Of a stretch of 49,792 nucleotides of DNA, positions 1-8,593 are shown piece after piece; the stretch's first letter is position 1; every line of letters begins with the position of its first letter. Where the stretch lies: NCBI GenBank assembly GCA_025449535.1, contig JANWJF010000001.1, positions 369,344 to 419,135 of the forward strand. Direction: 5' to 3'. Source of the DNA: Candidatus Saccharimonadia bacterium. Its GTDB lineage: Bacteria; Patescibacteriota; SICC01. A program made the translations under genes and the position numbers. The notes under the pieces were generated by a model that was not told the origin of the DNA, did not search any database, and worked only from the letters and a program-made list of their open reading frames with translations.

Positions 1-537
1 CGCCTCGCCGTCCGCCATGTCCTTCTTGATCTTTGTCTTGTACTTCTGACCGCTGGCGGCGTCCTTGATCGCTGCGCCGTCTACTCCCAGTCCCGTGCCG
101 TAACTCACGAACAGCTGGATCGCGTTGGCGTTGGCCACCTCGCTCCAGGCCTCCTGGCTCGCGAACAGCTTATCCGTATACGGGAAGAACTTGCCCTGCT
201 CGTTGGCGGCCTCGGCGGCATGGGCCGCGGCCTGGGCGTTCTGGTGGATACTCAACGGGAAGTGCCGCCAGACGAAGTTGACCCGGTCGCCGAACTGCTT
301 CTTCACCTGCTGGACGGTCGGTTGCGCCGCGGCGCAGGCCGGACACTGCAAGTCCGCGAACTCGACCACGGTCACCTTCGCCTTGGGATTGGTCTGGATG
401 GAGTCCGACCGGACCAGCTTGCCCGGGTCGGCGACCTTCGCAGCGTCGTCCTTGCCGCCGTTCACGACCAATAGGATGCCGACCGCGACGGTGACCACGG
501 CGGCGATGGCGATCAGGACTTTCGATTCGGTATTCAT
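1..537 (-). CDS. DsbA-family thiol:disulfide oxidoreductase (thioredoxin fold); 3-prime end lies beyond the window start
   Basis: Hand translation of the minus strand from the ATG at 537-535 gives MNTESKVLIAIAAVVTVAVGILLVV (signal anchor) ... VVEFADLQCPACAAAQP (CPAC active site) ... FVWRHFPLSIHQNA. The frame stays open to position 1. It is absent from the ORF track because there is no stop in the window. Its ATG overlaps the stop of the upstream dsbB-like gene (ATGA). Confidence 0.8.
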   Translation of the reverse strand, partial: MNTESKVLIAIAAVVTVAVGILLVVNGGKDDAAKVADPGKLVRSDSIQTNPKAKVTVVEFADLQCPACAAAQPTVQQVKKQFGDRVNFVWRHFPLSIHQNAQAAAHAAEAANEQGKFFPYTDKLFASQEAWSEVANANAIQLFVSYGTGLGVDGAAIKDAASGQKYKTKIKKDMADGEA

Positions 538-962
538 TTCCTGGACTTTTTCCAGAGTAACACCATGCAACCGATGATAACCAGGAAAGCCCCGAGCGAG
601 AGCAGCGGGATGGTGACGAACCCGAACCACTCGATGTACTCGGTCGTGCAGGAGACGCCCGCGCGGCAGGTCTGCTCGGACTCAGGGAACACCTTGTAGT
701 AGAGCAAGACGTGGTACAGGGCGACCAGCGCGCCCGCGATCGCCAGGGGCAGGACGTACTGGTAGACCTTAGCATCCCGTCGCAGGATGCCGACCGCCAG
801 GATTATCACCAACGGATACATCGCGATGCGCTGGTACCAGCAGAGCAGACACGGCAGATATCCCGCGACCTCGCTGAAGTACAGGCTGCCGGATGTCGCG
901 ACCAACGCCTGGGTCCAAGCAACGTAGGCCAGTGGGCTAGGCTTGTTTTCGATTTCCGTCAC
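534..962 (-). CDS. Disulfide bond formation protein B (DsbB/BdbC family)
   Basis: 142 aa with about 4 hydrophobic helices. It has a CLLCWYQR CxxC motif after the first helix and a second Cys pair (CRAGVSC). GTG start. It sits next to, and is translationally coupled with, the DsbA-like gene. Confidence 0.8.
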   Translation of the reverse strand: MTEIENKPSPLAYVAWTQALVATSGSLYFSEVAGYLPCLLCWYQRIAMYPLVIILAVGILRRDAKVYQYVLPLAIAGALVALYHVLLYYKVFPESEQTCRAGVSCTTEYIEWFGFVTIPLLSLGAFLVIIGCMVLLWKKSRK

Positions 963-974
963 GATCCTAGCGTA

Positions 975-1868
975 TCAGCGGGCGGTGCGTCCGGCGAGCC
1001 GGCGGACGGTCGCCAAGTTCTTGATGTCCGCCTCGAGACCCGGCGCACCCTTGGCCTTGGGCAGCCGCTTCGCCTCGCCCCAGCCCTCCTTCGGCGTCTC
1101 CAGCATGAAGTCCATGTCCTTGAGGCGCGGGTCGCGGAGCAGGTTCCGGAACGCGGCCTTTCCGAGCTGGCCTTGGCCGATGTGGAAGTGTCGGTCCAAG
1201 CCTTGGCCAAGGTCGGATTGCGTGTCGTTGAGGTGGAACGCCTTGAGCTTCCGTAATCCGATCGTCTTCGCGAACCGGTCCAGCATCCTGGTAGCCCCGG
1301 TGCCGCGGATGTCGAACCCTGCGGTATAGAGGTGGCAGGTGTCGAGGCAGACCCCGACCCGCGACGGTTCGCCGACGCCACGCAAGACGTCCCGGAGCTG
1401 TTCGAACGTCCCGCCGACGCGCTTGCTGCCCGCTGAGATCTCGAGCAACAGCCGGCACTTGGTCGGACCGGCTTTCTTAAGCGCCTTTTTGATCGTGTCG
1501 ACGGTCTGCCTGGTGCTTTCGGCCAGCCTCCCTTCCTCGACCGATCCGCCGAAGTGGACGACGACGCCGGAAGCTCCGAGCAGGTCTCCTTTCACGAGAT
1601 CGGCCGCCGCGACCTCAGCCGCGATGCGGCGGTTACGCGCGTCGGCGGCGCCGACCTGCACGTAGTACGGCGCGTGGATATACAGCCGGGCGTTCCGTTC
1701 CTTGAGTCCTTTACGGAACGTCGCCGCTTCCTCCGCGGCCACCTTGGTCTCGCCGCGGCCGCGCGGATTACGGGCGAAGATCTGGATCGCCGTGGCGCCG
1801 AGTTCGTCGGCTTGGGTCAGTAGCGCTGGCAGACCCTTGGCGACGGAGAGATGTGCGCCCAGCCGCAT
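975..1868 (-). CDS. nfo: Endonuclease IV (deoxyribonuclease IV, AP endonuclease family 2)
   Basis: The N-terminus MRLGAHLSVAKG, plus HAPYYVQ, VVHFG, LLEISAG, CLDTCHLYTAGFD and AFHLNDT, match Nfo metal-binding blocks. I place the start at the ATG at 1868 rather than the TTG at 1871 in the track. Confidence 0.9.
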   Translation of the reverse strand: MRLGAHLSVAKGLPALLTQADELGATAIQIFARNPRGRGETKVAAEEAATFRKGLKERNARLYIHAPYYVQVGAADARNRRIAAEVAAADLVKGDLLGASGVVVHFGGSVEEGRLAESTRQTVDTIKKALKKAGPTKCRLLLEISAGSKRVGGTFEQLRDVLRGVGEPSRVGVCLDTCHLYTAGFDIRGTGATRMLDRFAKTIGLRKLKAFHLNDTQSDLGQGLDRHFHIGQGQLGKAAFRNLLRDPRLKDMDFMLETPKEGWGEAKRLPKAKGAPGLEADIKNLATVRRLAGRTAR

Positions 1869-3430
1869 CAACGCTCCGCGAACGTCAATCCACCGGTCAG
1901 CACGCCGGTCCCCTTGTCGAGCGTGAAGCTGCCGCGCTCCGGACGGATAAACAGCAGCCAGGTGAACAGTCCGTCTTCTTTGCCGGTCACCGAGGCCACC
2001 TTGCCGAGCGCGATCCGGACGGCGAGTTGTCCCTTAGCGTCCGCCGGGTCCGGTTCGGCCAGGGTGCGCACCAGCCGGGCCACCGCCTCCTCGGAGCTCC
2101 CAATCAGGAGGTACCGGTCCCGCACCTGCCAGACCGCCCGGCCCATTTCCGGTAACCGGGCGGCGGCGGCCGGACGGCCTTCGACCGTCACGGTGCCGAT
2201 CGACAGCGGTTCGTCACGCTGCGACTCGATCTCCCGGGATTCCGTGCCGTCGGGAAGCACCTTCACCACCTCGCGGCGGACCGGTACCTTGGCCTTGGCC
2301 TTCAGCAGGCCCTGGAGCTCCTCCGTCTTGGCCCGGGCCGTCTCCGGGGAGTCGAACTCCAGCAAGCCCATCCAGTGACGGGTATCGCCGTCCTGGTACC
2401 GCGCGTACACGAACCGGTCGCCGGCCGCGGCCAGGTAGTCGCGTTCGACGTCGACGCCGAGTTGGCGGTTCAGCGCTGAGACCCCGTTCTGGAACCGCAG
2501 CACGCCGGGCAGATCCTCTTCCGAACGCTGCTCCTCGAGCAGCCGTAGGAACGCCAGGGCGTCCGTACCCGAGACACTGACCGGAGCGGCGGAGACGGGT
2601 GGTAACAGCTTGCCGGCGGTCCGCCCGAGCGTCTCCTGCACACGCGGCGGCCGGGCGTTGGCCGTTTCGATCCGCAGTACGTCGTCATCGTTCTCGATCG
2701 CCAGGCCGACCAGCGAGTAGTCCAGCCGCGGATACCCCTCGGCCAGCGAGCCGTCGAGGAAGACGTAGGCGTCCTCCGCGCCCGGCAGGTCGCCGGAGAC
2801 TTCCGCGAAGTCCGGGTGGCGGTCGAACCCGACGGTCCGGTTCACCGCGGCCAGGATCTGGCCGTTGTGCGTGGAGAAGTAGACGTACCGGCCGTCACGG
2901 TGTGACCGGATGACGACCTTGGTGCCCGGCAGCCGGCCCGTGGAGAACGCCAGGCGTCCATGCTCCGGCGTGTCGACTTCGACCCGCTTCGGGTCCTCCA
3001 GGACGCCGTTGAGAGCCGTCGCCACCTGGGCGTACGCGGCCTCGTCCCGGACCGTGGCGACCGCCAGCAGCTGGTCGTCCCGGGTCCGGGCGAACCCGAC
3101 CTCGCTGCCCAGCGCCTTCCCGAGCAGTTCCGCCGGCACCGCCTTCCGGACCGCCGCGACCAGCGCCTTGGTCTCGGCCGGGTATACCTTGGCGGACGCG
3201 CTGGTGCGTCCCACCGTCCCATAATCGAACGCCGCCAGCCGGGCCACGCCGGCGATCCGACTGTCTTCCGGCAGCTTCGCGAGGAGGTCCTTGGTCACCG
3301 CGGCGCGCGAAAGCGCCAGCCAAAGCGTGAGACCGGCGACGATCAACAACAGGCCTGCGACCAGCGCGGGGACCGACTGTATGCTCGTCACGGAATTCCG
3401 CAACCGACGCCTTTTCTTGTCAGCGACCAT
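1868..3430 (-). CDS. Membrane-anchored hypothetical protein (N-terminal TM helix, large extracytoplasmic domain; possibly DUF3352-like)
   Basis: 520 aa ORF with high GC3. A basic N-terminus is followed by the TM segment VPALVAGLLLIVAGLTLWLAL. The stop overlaps the nfo ATG by 1 nt (TGATG). I recognise no catalytic motif. Confidence 0.7.
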   Translation of the reverse strand: MVADKKRRRLRNSVTSIQSVPALVAGLLLIVAGLTLWLALSRAAVTKDLLAKLPEDSRIAGVARLAAFDYGTVGRTSASAKVYPAETKALVAAVRKAVPAELLGKALGSEVGFARTRDDQLLAVATVRDEAAYAQVATALNGVLEDPKRVEVDTPEHGRLAFSTGRLPGTKVVIRSHRDGRYVYFSTHNGQILAAVNRTVGFDRHPDFAEVSGDLPGAEDAYVFLDGSLAEGYPRLDYSLVGLAIENDDDVLRIETANARPPRVQETLGRTAGKLLPPVSAAPVSVSGTDALAFLRLLEEQRSEEDLPGVLRFQNGVSALNRQLGVDVERDYLAAAGDRFVYARYQDGDTRHWMGLLEFDSPETARAKTEELQGLLKAKAKVPVRREVVKVLPDGTESREIESQRDEPLSIGTVTVEGRPAAAARLPEMGRAVWQVRDRYLLIGSSEEAVARLVRTLAEPDPADAKGQLAVRIALGKVASVTGKEDGLFTWLLFIRPERGSFTLDKGTGVLTGGLTFAER

Positions 3431-3454
3431 CCGGCGTATTGTAGCAAAACGGGC

Positions 3455-4273
3455 TCAGATGGCAGGCTGTTTCACCGCTTTCGCCTCGGCCAGCAGGCTG
3501 ACCGCGCTCACGACGTCCAGCAACCCGCTCGGTGATTCCGTGCGGGTAAGATCGTCAGTCACGGTACCATCGGCTACTTTGCTGCGGCTACTGCCGTCCT
3601 CCGTCCAAGGACGGGATATCTCCTGGCAGACGAACCGTTCCGTCTCGGGGTCGAACACGAGGGCCCGTTTCGCGACGATGTCGATACCGTCGCGCCGTTC
3701 GTGTTCCGGTCTTGCGTACGCCAGGCACAGTCGGCGGACGGGCAACTGTTCGACCGAGAGCTGCAGGCCGATGCCGGCCTTGGAGCCCTGGCACGCCATT
3801 TCCCGGTCGGGAGCGCCGTCCAACCGGGCCGATACCAAGCGCCGGAGCATACGATGCATTCCCGACTCGCCGAGCGCCCGGCACTTCTCGGGATCCAGCA
3901 ATTCGACGCCCGTCTCGGGATCGGCCGAGTACAACGCCCGGAGCCCGGGAACCGCCTCGAACGACTCCCACAGGGTCTCGCGGACCTGCCTGGCGATGCG
4001 CTCCTCGACCGTCTCGTCGGTGAAGTCACCGAGCACTTCCTCGTTATGCCGCCATTCGGGCTCGCGACGGCTGCGCAACTCGGCTTCCCGCCGGTTCGCC
4101 CAGGCTTGTTGGAACTCCGTCGGTCCGTCGGTATCGGCATCGGGACCGGCCGGCTCCCCGGTGACCTGCGCCGACTCGTGTCGGCCGCTTCTGACCAAGC
4201 GCATCCGACGCCGACCGCCGTGTGGCGGACGTCGGCCGCCGGACGACCGGAAAAGTTGTTCTGACGCTTCCAT
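3455..4273 (-). CDS. Hypothetical protein (Arg/Gly-rich N-terminus, acidic core)
   Basis: 272 aa ORF with ATG start and coding-like GC3 on hand inspection. I recognise no domain. The true start could be the internal Met24. Confidence 0.55.
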   Translation of the reverse strand: MEASEQLFRSSGGRRPPHGGRRRMRLVRSGRHESAQVTGEPAGPDADTDGPTEFQQAWANRREAELRSRREPEWRHNEEVLGDFTDETVEERIARQVRETLWESFEAVPGLRALYSADPETGVELLDPEKCRALGESGMHRMLRRLVSARLDGAPDREMACQGSKAGIGLQLSVEQLPVRRLCLAYARPEHERRDGIDIVAKRALVFDPETERFVCQEISRPWTEDGSSRSKVADGTVTDDLTRTESPSGLLDVVSAVSLLAEAKAVKQPAI

Positions 4274-4306
4274 ATGAATCGTGGTTCGATTGACCGAACG
4301 TCCTAG

Positions 4307-4343
4307 AGTATGCCGAAATCCCCGCGGCAGTCAATGTGCAGAA
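4307..4343 (-). terminator. 10-bp-stem hairpin downstream of pnp (possible terminator or processing site; no clear U-tract)
   Basis: aatccccgcg (4307-4316) pairs with cgcggggatt (4334-4343) across a 17-nt loop. On the minus strand it lies about 37 nt after the pnp stop and is followed only by a short T run. Confidence 0.3.
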
Positions 4344-4379
4344 CGCGGGGATTATTGGCTCGGTTTCGAGAAAAACGTC

Positions 4380-6581
4380 TTAACGACGGTGATGACCGCG
4401 CGGCGGACCGCCACGCTCCCGACCGCCACCGCCATTCCGCGGAGCACGGGACTGCCGGACTTCGTCGGCGATTACCTTTGGATCCGCGCCGCTGGCGGCC
4501 GCTTTCATCGAAAGGTTGTTCCGGCCTTGGGAGTCGACTTCGATCACCATCACCTTCACTTCCTGGCCGACCTTGAGCACGTCCTCCACGGACGCGACCC
4601 GTTCCTCTGCGATCTGGGAGACGTGGACCATGCCCTCCTTGCCCGGCATGAACTCGACGAAGGCGCCGAACGGCATCAGCTTGGTGACCTTGCCGTCGTA
4701 GACCTTGCCGACTTCCGGCTCCGCGGTGAGCGCCTTGATCCACTCCATCGCCTTTTTCGAGGCCTCGCCGTCGCTGGAGCCGATCATCACGGTGCCGTCG
4801 TCCTCCAGGTCGATCGAAACGCCGGTCTCGGAGGTGATCTCGTTGATCATCTTGCCGCCCGGGCCGATCACGATCCGGATCTTATCCGGGTCGATCTTCA
4901 TCGTGGTGATGCGCGGCGCGTTGGCCGCCAGGTCCTGGCGCGGTTCGGGGATCGTCGCCAGCATCTTGTCCATGATCTCGAGCCGAGCCGCCTTGGCCTG
5001 CTCCAGCGCCTGGGTCATCACCTCCAGCGGAATGCCCCAGACCTTCATATCCATCTGCAGGGCGGTGATGCCGTCCTTGGTGCCGGCGACCTTGAAGTCC
5101 ATGTCTCCCGCGAAGTCCTCGGCGCCCTGGATATCGGTCAGGACCTTGGTCGTATCGCCGTCGGTGACCAGTCCCATCGCGATGCCGGAGACCGGCTTCT
5201 TGATCGGGACGCCCGCGTCCATCAACGACAGGGTCGAGCCGCAGACCGAGGCCATCGAGGTCGAGCCGTTCGAGGCCAGGATCTCGCTGACCACCCGCAT
5301 CGTGTACGGGAAGTCGTCTTGCTCCGGAAGCATCGGGACGATCGCCCGCTCCGCCAACGAACCGTGCCCGATCTCGCGTCGCCCGGCGCCGCGCACCGGT
5401 CGCGCCTCTCCGACCGAATAGGGCGGGAAGTTGTAGTGGTGCATGTAGCGCCGCTTGGTGTCCTCAAGCATCGTGTCGATGATCTGCTGGTCGCCGGGGG
5501 TGCCGAGCGTCGTCAGGCTCAGGGCCTGGGTCTGGCCGCGCGTGAACAGGGCCGACCCGTGGGTCCGCGGCAATACGCCGACCTCGCAGGTGATCGGCCG
5601 GATCTCGGTGAGCTTCCGGCCGTCCGGACGGACCTCGTGCTTGAGGATGCCCTCCCGGATGACTTCCTGCTCGACCTTGGTGAACGCGTCGTTGACCTGT
5701 CCTTCCGTCCACTTGGCATCCTCGGCCGCTTCCTCGGGAACCAGTTCCTTCTTCAGCCAGCCGGTCAGTTCCGCCAGCTTCTGTTCGCGTTCCTCTTGGG
5801 TCGAGTTGAGCGTGATCTCGAGCAGCTTGGCCCGGGCCTTCTCGGCGACCGCGCGCTCGAGGTCCGGGTCGGCTTCGGCCAAGGCCGGCTCGCGCTTCTC
5901 CGGGGCGACCTTGCCCACCAGGTCCTCTTGGATCGCAATCGCCTTCTTGATCTCGACCAAGGCCAGGTCGAAGGCCTTGAGCATCTGCTCCTCGGTGACC
6001 TCGCTGGCGCCGGCTTCGACCATCATGATCTTCTCCTTGGTGCCGGCCACGACCAGGTCCAGCTTGGATTGCTCGCGCTGCTCCTCGGTCGGGTTCACGA
6101 CCAGGGCGCCGTCGACCTCGCCGATCCGGACGCCTCCGATCATCTCGACCATCGGCGAACCGGCCACGTGCAACGCGGCCGATGCGGCGTTCATCGCGAC
6201 CATGTCCGGGTGATGGACGCCGTCGACGGAGAGTACCGTCGCGATTATCTGGATGTTGTTGCGCGTCCCCTTCGGGAAGAGCGGGCGGATCGGGCGGTCG
6301 ATCAACCGCGAGATCAACGTCGCTTCCTCGCTGGGCCGGCCCTCGCGCTTGAAGAAGCCGCCGGAAATCTTTCCAGCCGCGTACATCTTCTCCTCATAGC
6401 TGACCATCAGCGGGAAATAGTCGAATCCCGGCTTCCGATCGCCGACCACCGCCGTCACCAGGACGACGGTATCGCCGTATTGCGCCCGGACGGCGCCGTC
6501 GGCCAATCCGGCCAGCTTGCCGGTCTCATACTTCAATGTCTCGGAACCGAAGGCTCCTTCCGCTGTCTTCACGTCGAACAT
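4380..6581 (-). CDS. pnp: Polyribonucleotide nucleotidyltransferase (PNPase) with a short Gly/Arg-rich C-terminal tail
   Basis: 733 aa. Full-length pattern: two RNase PH domains (FFKREGRPSE, RPIRPLFP, GGLALM-like blocks), a KH domain (GPGGKMINEI) and an S1 domain (GKVTKLMPFGAFVEF). An AGGAGG Shine-Dalgarno sequence lies 4 nt upstream of the ATG. Confidence 0.97.
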   Translation of the reverse strand: MFDVKTAEGAFGSETLKYETGKLAGLADGAVRAQYGDTVVLVTAVVGDRKPGFDYFPLMVSYEEKMYAAGKISGGFFKREGRPSEEATLISRLIDRPIRPLFPKGTRNNIQIIATVLSVDGVHHPDMVAMNAASAALHVAGSPMVEMIGGVRIGEVDGALVVNPTEEQREQSKLDLVVAGTKEKIMMVEAGASEVTEEQMLKAFDLALVEIKKAIAIQEDLVGKVAPEKREPALAEADPDLERAVAEKARAKLLEITLNSTQEEREQKLAELTGWLKKELVPEEAAEDAKWTEGQVNDAFTKVEQEVIREGILKHEVRPDGRKLTEIRPITCEVGVLPRTHGSALFTRGQTQALSLTTLGTPGDQQIIDTMLEDTKRRYMHHYNFPPYSVGEARPVRGAGRREIGHGSLAERAIVPMLPEQDDFPYTMRVVSEILASNGSTSMASVCGSTLSLMDAGVPIKKPVSGIAMGLVTDGDTTKVLTDIQGAEDFAGDMDFKVAGTKDGITALQMDMKVWGIPLEVMTQALEQAKAARLEIMDKMLATIPEPRQDLAANAPRITTMKIDPDKIRIVIGPGGKMINEITSETGVSIDLEDDGTVMIGSSDGEASKKAMEWIKALTAEPEVGKVYDGKVTKLMPFGAFVEFMPGKEGMVHVSQIAEERVASVEDVLKVGQEVKVMVIEVDSQGRNNLSMKAAASGADPKVIADEVRQSRAPRNGGGGRERGGPPRGHHRR

Positions 6582-6689
6582 ACACTCCTCCTATCGTGGC
6601 GGGAGCATGTAGAAGTCCGGGGGTCGAAGGAATCCTTCGGCGCTCAGGTCTCGACACGCTCCGTGCCGTGTTATGGGTTATTTAAACGT

Positions 6690-6956
6690 CTACTTGCGTA
6701 GTTTAAGCTTCTTGAGCAGCTCCTGGTAGGCTGGCTCGTCCGTGCGGGCGAGGTAGTCCAGGAGCCGGCGCCGTTTGCCCACGAGCAGTTCCAGGCCGCG
6801 CTCCGAATGGATGTCCTTCGGGTGGCGCTTGAGGTGCACCGTCAGCTCGGTGATCCGGGCCGTGAGCAGCGCGATCTGCACGGGAGCCGATCCGACGTCG
6901 TCCTTCGACGTCGCGTGCTCCTTGATGATCTTGGATTTCTCCTCGGTTGCGGGCAT
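6690..6956 (-). CDS. rpsO: 30S ribosomal protein S15
   Basis: 88 aa with GSAPVQIALLTARITELTVHLKRHPKDIHSERGLELLVGKRRRLLDYL, the canonical S15 sequence. It sits upstream of pnp, as in many bacteria. Confidence 0.95.
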   Translation of the reverse strand: MPATEEKSKIIKEHATSKDDVGSAPVQIALLTARITELTVHLKRHPKDIHSERGLELLVGKRRRLLDYLARTDEPAYQELLKKLKLRK

Positions 6957-6969
6957 AACGGGTTCCAGA

Positions 6970-7260
6970 CTAGCAGGTCTCCGCGGATCGGGCCAGGCGG
7001 TCCTCGCCGGCCTCGGTCAGGGCCAGGCAGGACATCCCGCTCTTCCGATCGCGACCCCAGGCAATCTCCTTCCGCGCAATCATGCCGAAGGTCAGCTGCC
7101 GGACGTTGTTCACGCTCAAGCCGAGCCGGTCCGCGATCTCCTGCGGCGAGCGGCCGGGGTCGTACTCGCCCTGCGCGATCACGTCCAGGATTGCCACACG
7201 ACCGGCTTCGTAGCGTTCCGACTCGTTTGGTTCTGGTTGGATCTCGGTGCGTTCGCTCAT
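6970..7260 (-). CDS. Small winged-helix DNA-binding protein (MarR/ArsR-like fold, putative)
   Basis: 96 aa. SPQEIADRLGLSVNNVRQLTFGMIARKEIAW resembles an HTH plus wing. It is inserted between truB and rpsO. Confidence 0.55.
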   Translation of the reverse strand: MSERTEIQPEPNESERYEAGRVAILDVIAQGEYDPGRSPQEIADRLGLSVNNVRQLTFGMIARKEIAWGRDRKSGMSCLALTEAGEDRLARSAETC

Positions 7261-7286
7261 ACGTATTTTCGCCTTAGCTATACACC

Positions 7287-7979
7287 TTACACGGCCTGCT
7301 CGGGTTTGGTAAGCCTACGCTCCAGGACATACCACGGCCCGTCGATCACGTCGGCGCCGACGGCGTCCCGCACGTCCAGGTCGCCGACCTTCTCGCGCCG
7401 CAGTCCTGAGAGGTACCCTCCTGTCCCGAGCCGTTCACCGAGGTCGCGGGCGAGCGCCCGGATGTACGTGCCCTTGGAGACGGTCGTCCGGAAGCGCGCT
7501 TCCGGCCATGCGTAGTCCAGCAGCTCGACCGAGCGGATGGTGACACTGCGCGGCTGCCGTTCGACGGTCCGACCCTGGCGCGCCTCCGCGTAGGCCTTCT
7601 TGCCTCCGGTCTTGATCGCGGAGTACGTCGGTGGCAGCTGCTCGATGTCGCCCGCGAAGCCCTCCAGGGCCGCCTCGGCCGCCGGTCGGCCCGGGTCCGT
7701 GGCGCCCGCGGTCGGTTCGACCGTCCCTTCGGCGTCGTCCGTAGCCGTCGTCGCACCAAGCGTCACTTCGGCTACGTACGTCTTGTCGCCCTGCACGAAT
7801 CGCTCGAGCTGCTTGGTCGCGCTCCCAAGTCCGATCACCAAGAGACCGGTCGCCATCGGGTCGAGCGTACCGCCATGACCGACTTTCTTGATGCCGCTCA
7901 TGCGGCGGATGTGCGCCACGACGTCGTGACTGGTCCAGCCGGCCGGCTTGTCTACCAGGAGGAATCCTGAAACGTCCAT
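7287..7979 (-). CDS. truB: tRNA pseudouridine(55) synthase TruB
   Basis: 230 aa. GFLLVDKPAGWTSHDVV and HGGTLDPMATGLLVIGLG (catalytic Asp motif) are typical of TruB. Confidence 0.95.
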   Translation of the reverse strand: MDVSGFLLVDKPAGWTSHDVVAHIRRMSGIKKVGHGGTLDPMATGLLVIGLGSATKQLERFVQGDKTYVAEVTLGATTATDDAEGTVEPTAGATDPGRPAAEAALEGFAGDIEQLPPTYSAIKTGGKKAYAEARQGRTVERQPRSVTIRSVELLDYAWPEARFRTTVSKGTYIRALARDLGERLGTGGYLSGLRREKVGDLDVRDAVGADVIDGPWYVLERRLTKPEQAV

Positions 7980-8001
7980 ATGCCCATGGTACGTCTTCCG
8001 G

Positions 8002-8556
8002 TCACCCGAGCGGGCGGGACAGGTCGTCGCAGAGGCGCATCAGCTCGTCACCGCTCGCCGGACGGAAGCAGTCGCCGATCCGGAGCATGTCCGGCAGCAA
8101 TTCCCGCCATTCGCCGAGGACCTCATCGTCGACGAACCGCTCCTTCAGCACGTGTACGTCCGCGCCGTCCGTCAGGTACAGCGCGGCCACTTCGTGACCA
8201 CTGGAAACCGAGTGCTCACGGGTCAGCGCGACCAGTCCGGCATCCGGAAGGGCCGTCGCCCGCAGGAACCGCCCCCGTTCCACCAGTGGCTTGGGATCGG
8301 CGCCCCATTCCGCGAGGAAACGAGGAATCTCCTGCAGCGCCAGGTCCCTCATCCCCCGCCTGGACCGTTCCGCGGCGATGGCGCCTCGCATCACCTCCTT
8401 GGCGCGCTCGAAGCGGACCCTGCTGAGATCCGTCACAGGCAAGGTGCCGGGACGCCGCGTCCTGCCAGCACTAGACCGTTTACGCTTACGGGCCGATTCC
8501 AAGCTCCGTACGTTATCGATCGACACCGTTCCCTCGCTCATGAGTTCGCCCATCAT
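8002..8556 (-). CDS. Hypothetical protein
   Basis: 184 aa ORF with ATG start and an AAGGAAA Shine-Dalgarno-like sequence upstream. I recognise no domain. It lies between the NrnA-like gene and truB. Confidence 0.55.
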   Translation of the reverse strand: MMGELMSEGTVSIDNVRSLESARKRKRSSAGRTRRPGTLPVTDLSRVRFERAKEVMRGAIAAERSRRGMRDLALQEIPRFLAEWGADPKPLVERGRFLRATALPDAGLVALTREHSVSSGHEVAALYLTDGADVHVLKERFVDDEVLGEWRELLPDMLRIGDCFRPASGDELMRLCDDLSRPLG

Positions 8557-8593
8557 GTTTTCCTTAGGCGCAGTGTACCAGTCCGCAAGACGT

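Noticed and set aside
125-775. ORFs 125-577 (+), 170-775 (-) and 220-474 (+) at the left edge
   Set aside because: They overlap the minus-strand frame that encodes a convincing DsbA-like protein (CPAC motif, signal anchor) and the DsbB-like gene. Their own translations are low complexity.
6582-6689. rpsO-pnp intergenic hairpins as an E. coli-like RNase III autoregulatory site for pnp: cgaagg-att-ccttcg, and acacg/cgtgt
   Set aside because: The stems are short (5-6 bp), and without covariation data I cannot distinguish them from chance in GC-rich DNA. I note them but do not annotate them.
4281-6701. 806-aa plus-strand ORF
   Set aside because: It is antisense to pnp and the rpsO end. Its composition is Arg/Leu/Gly/Asp-rich and I recognise no motif. 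It is a high-GC shadow ORF.
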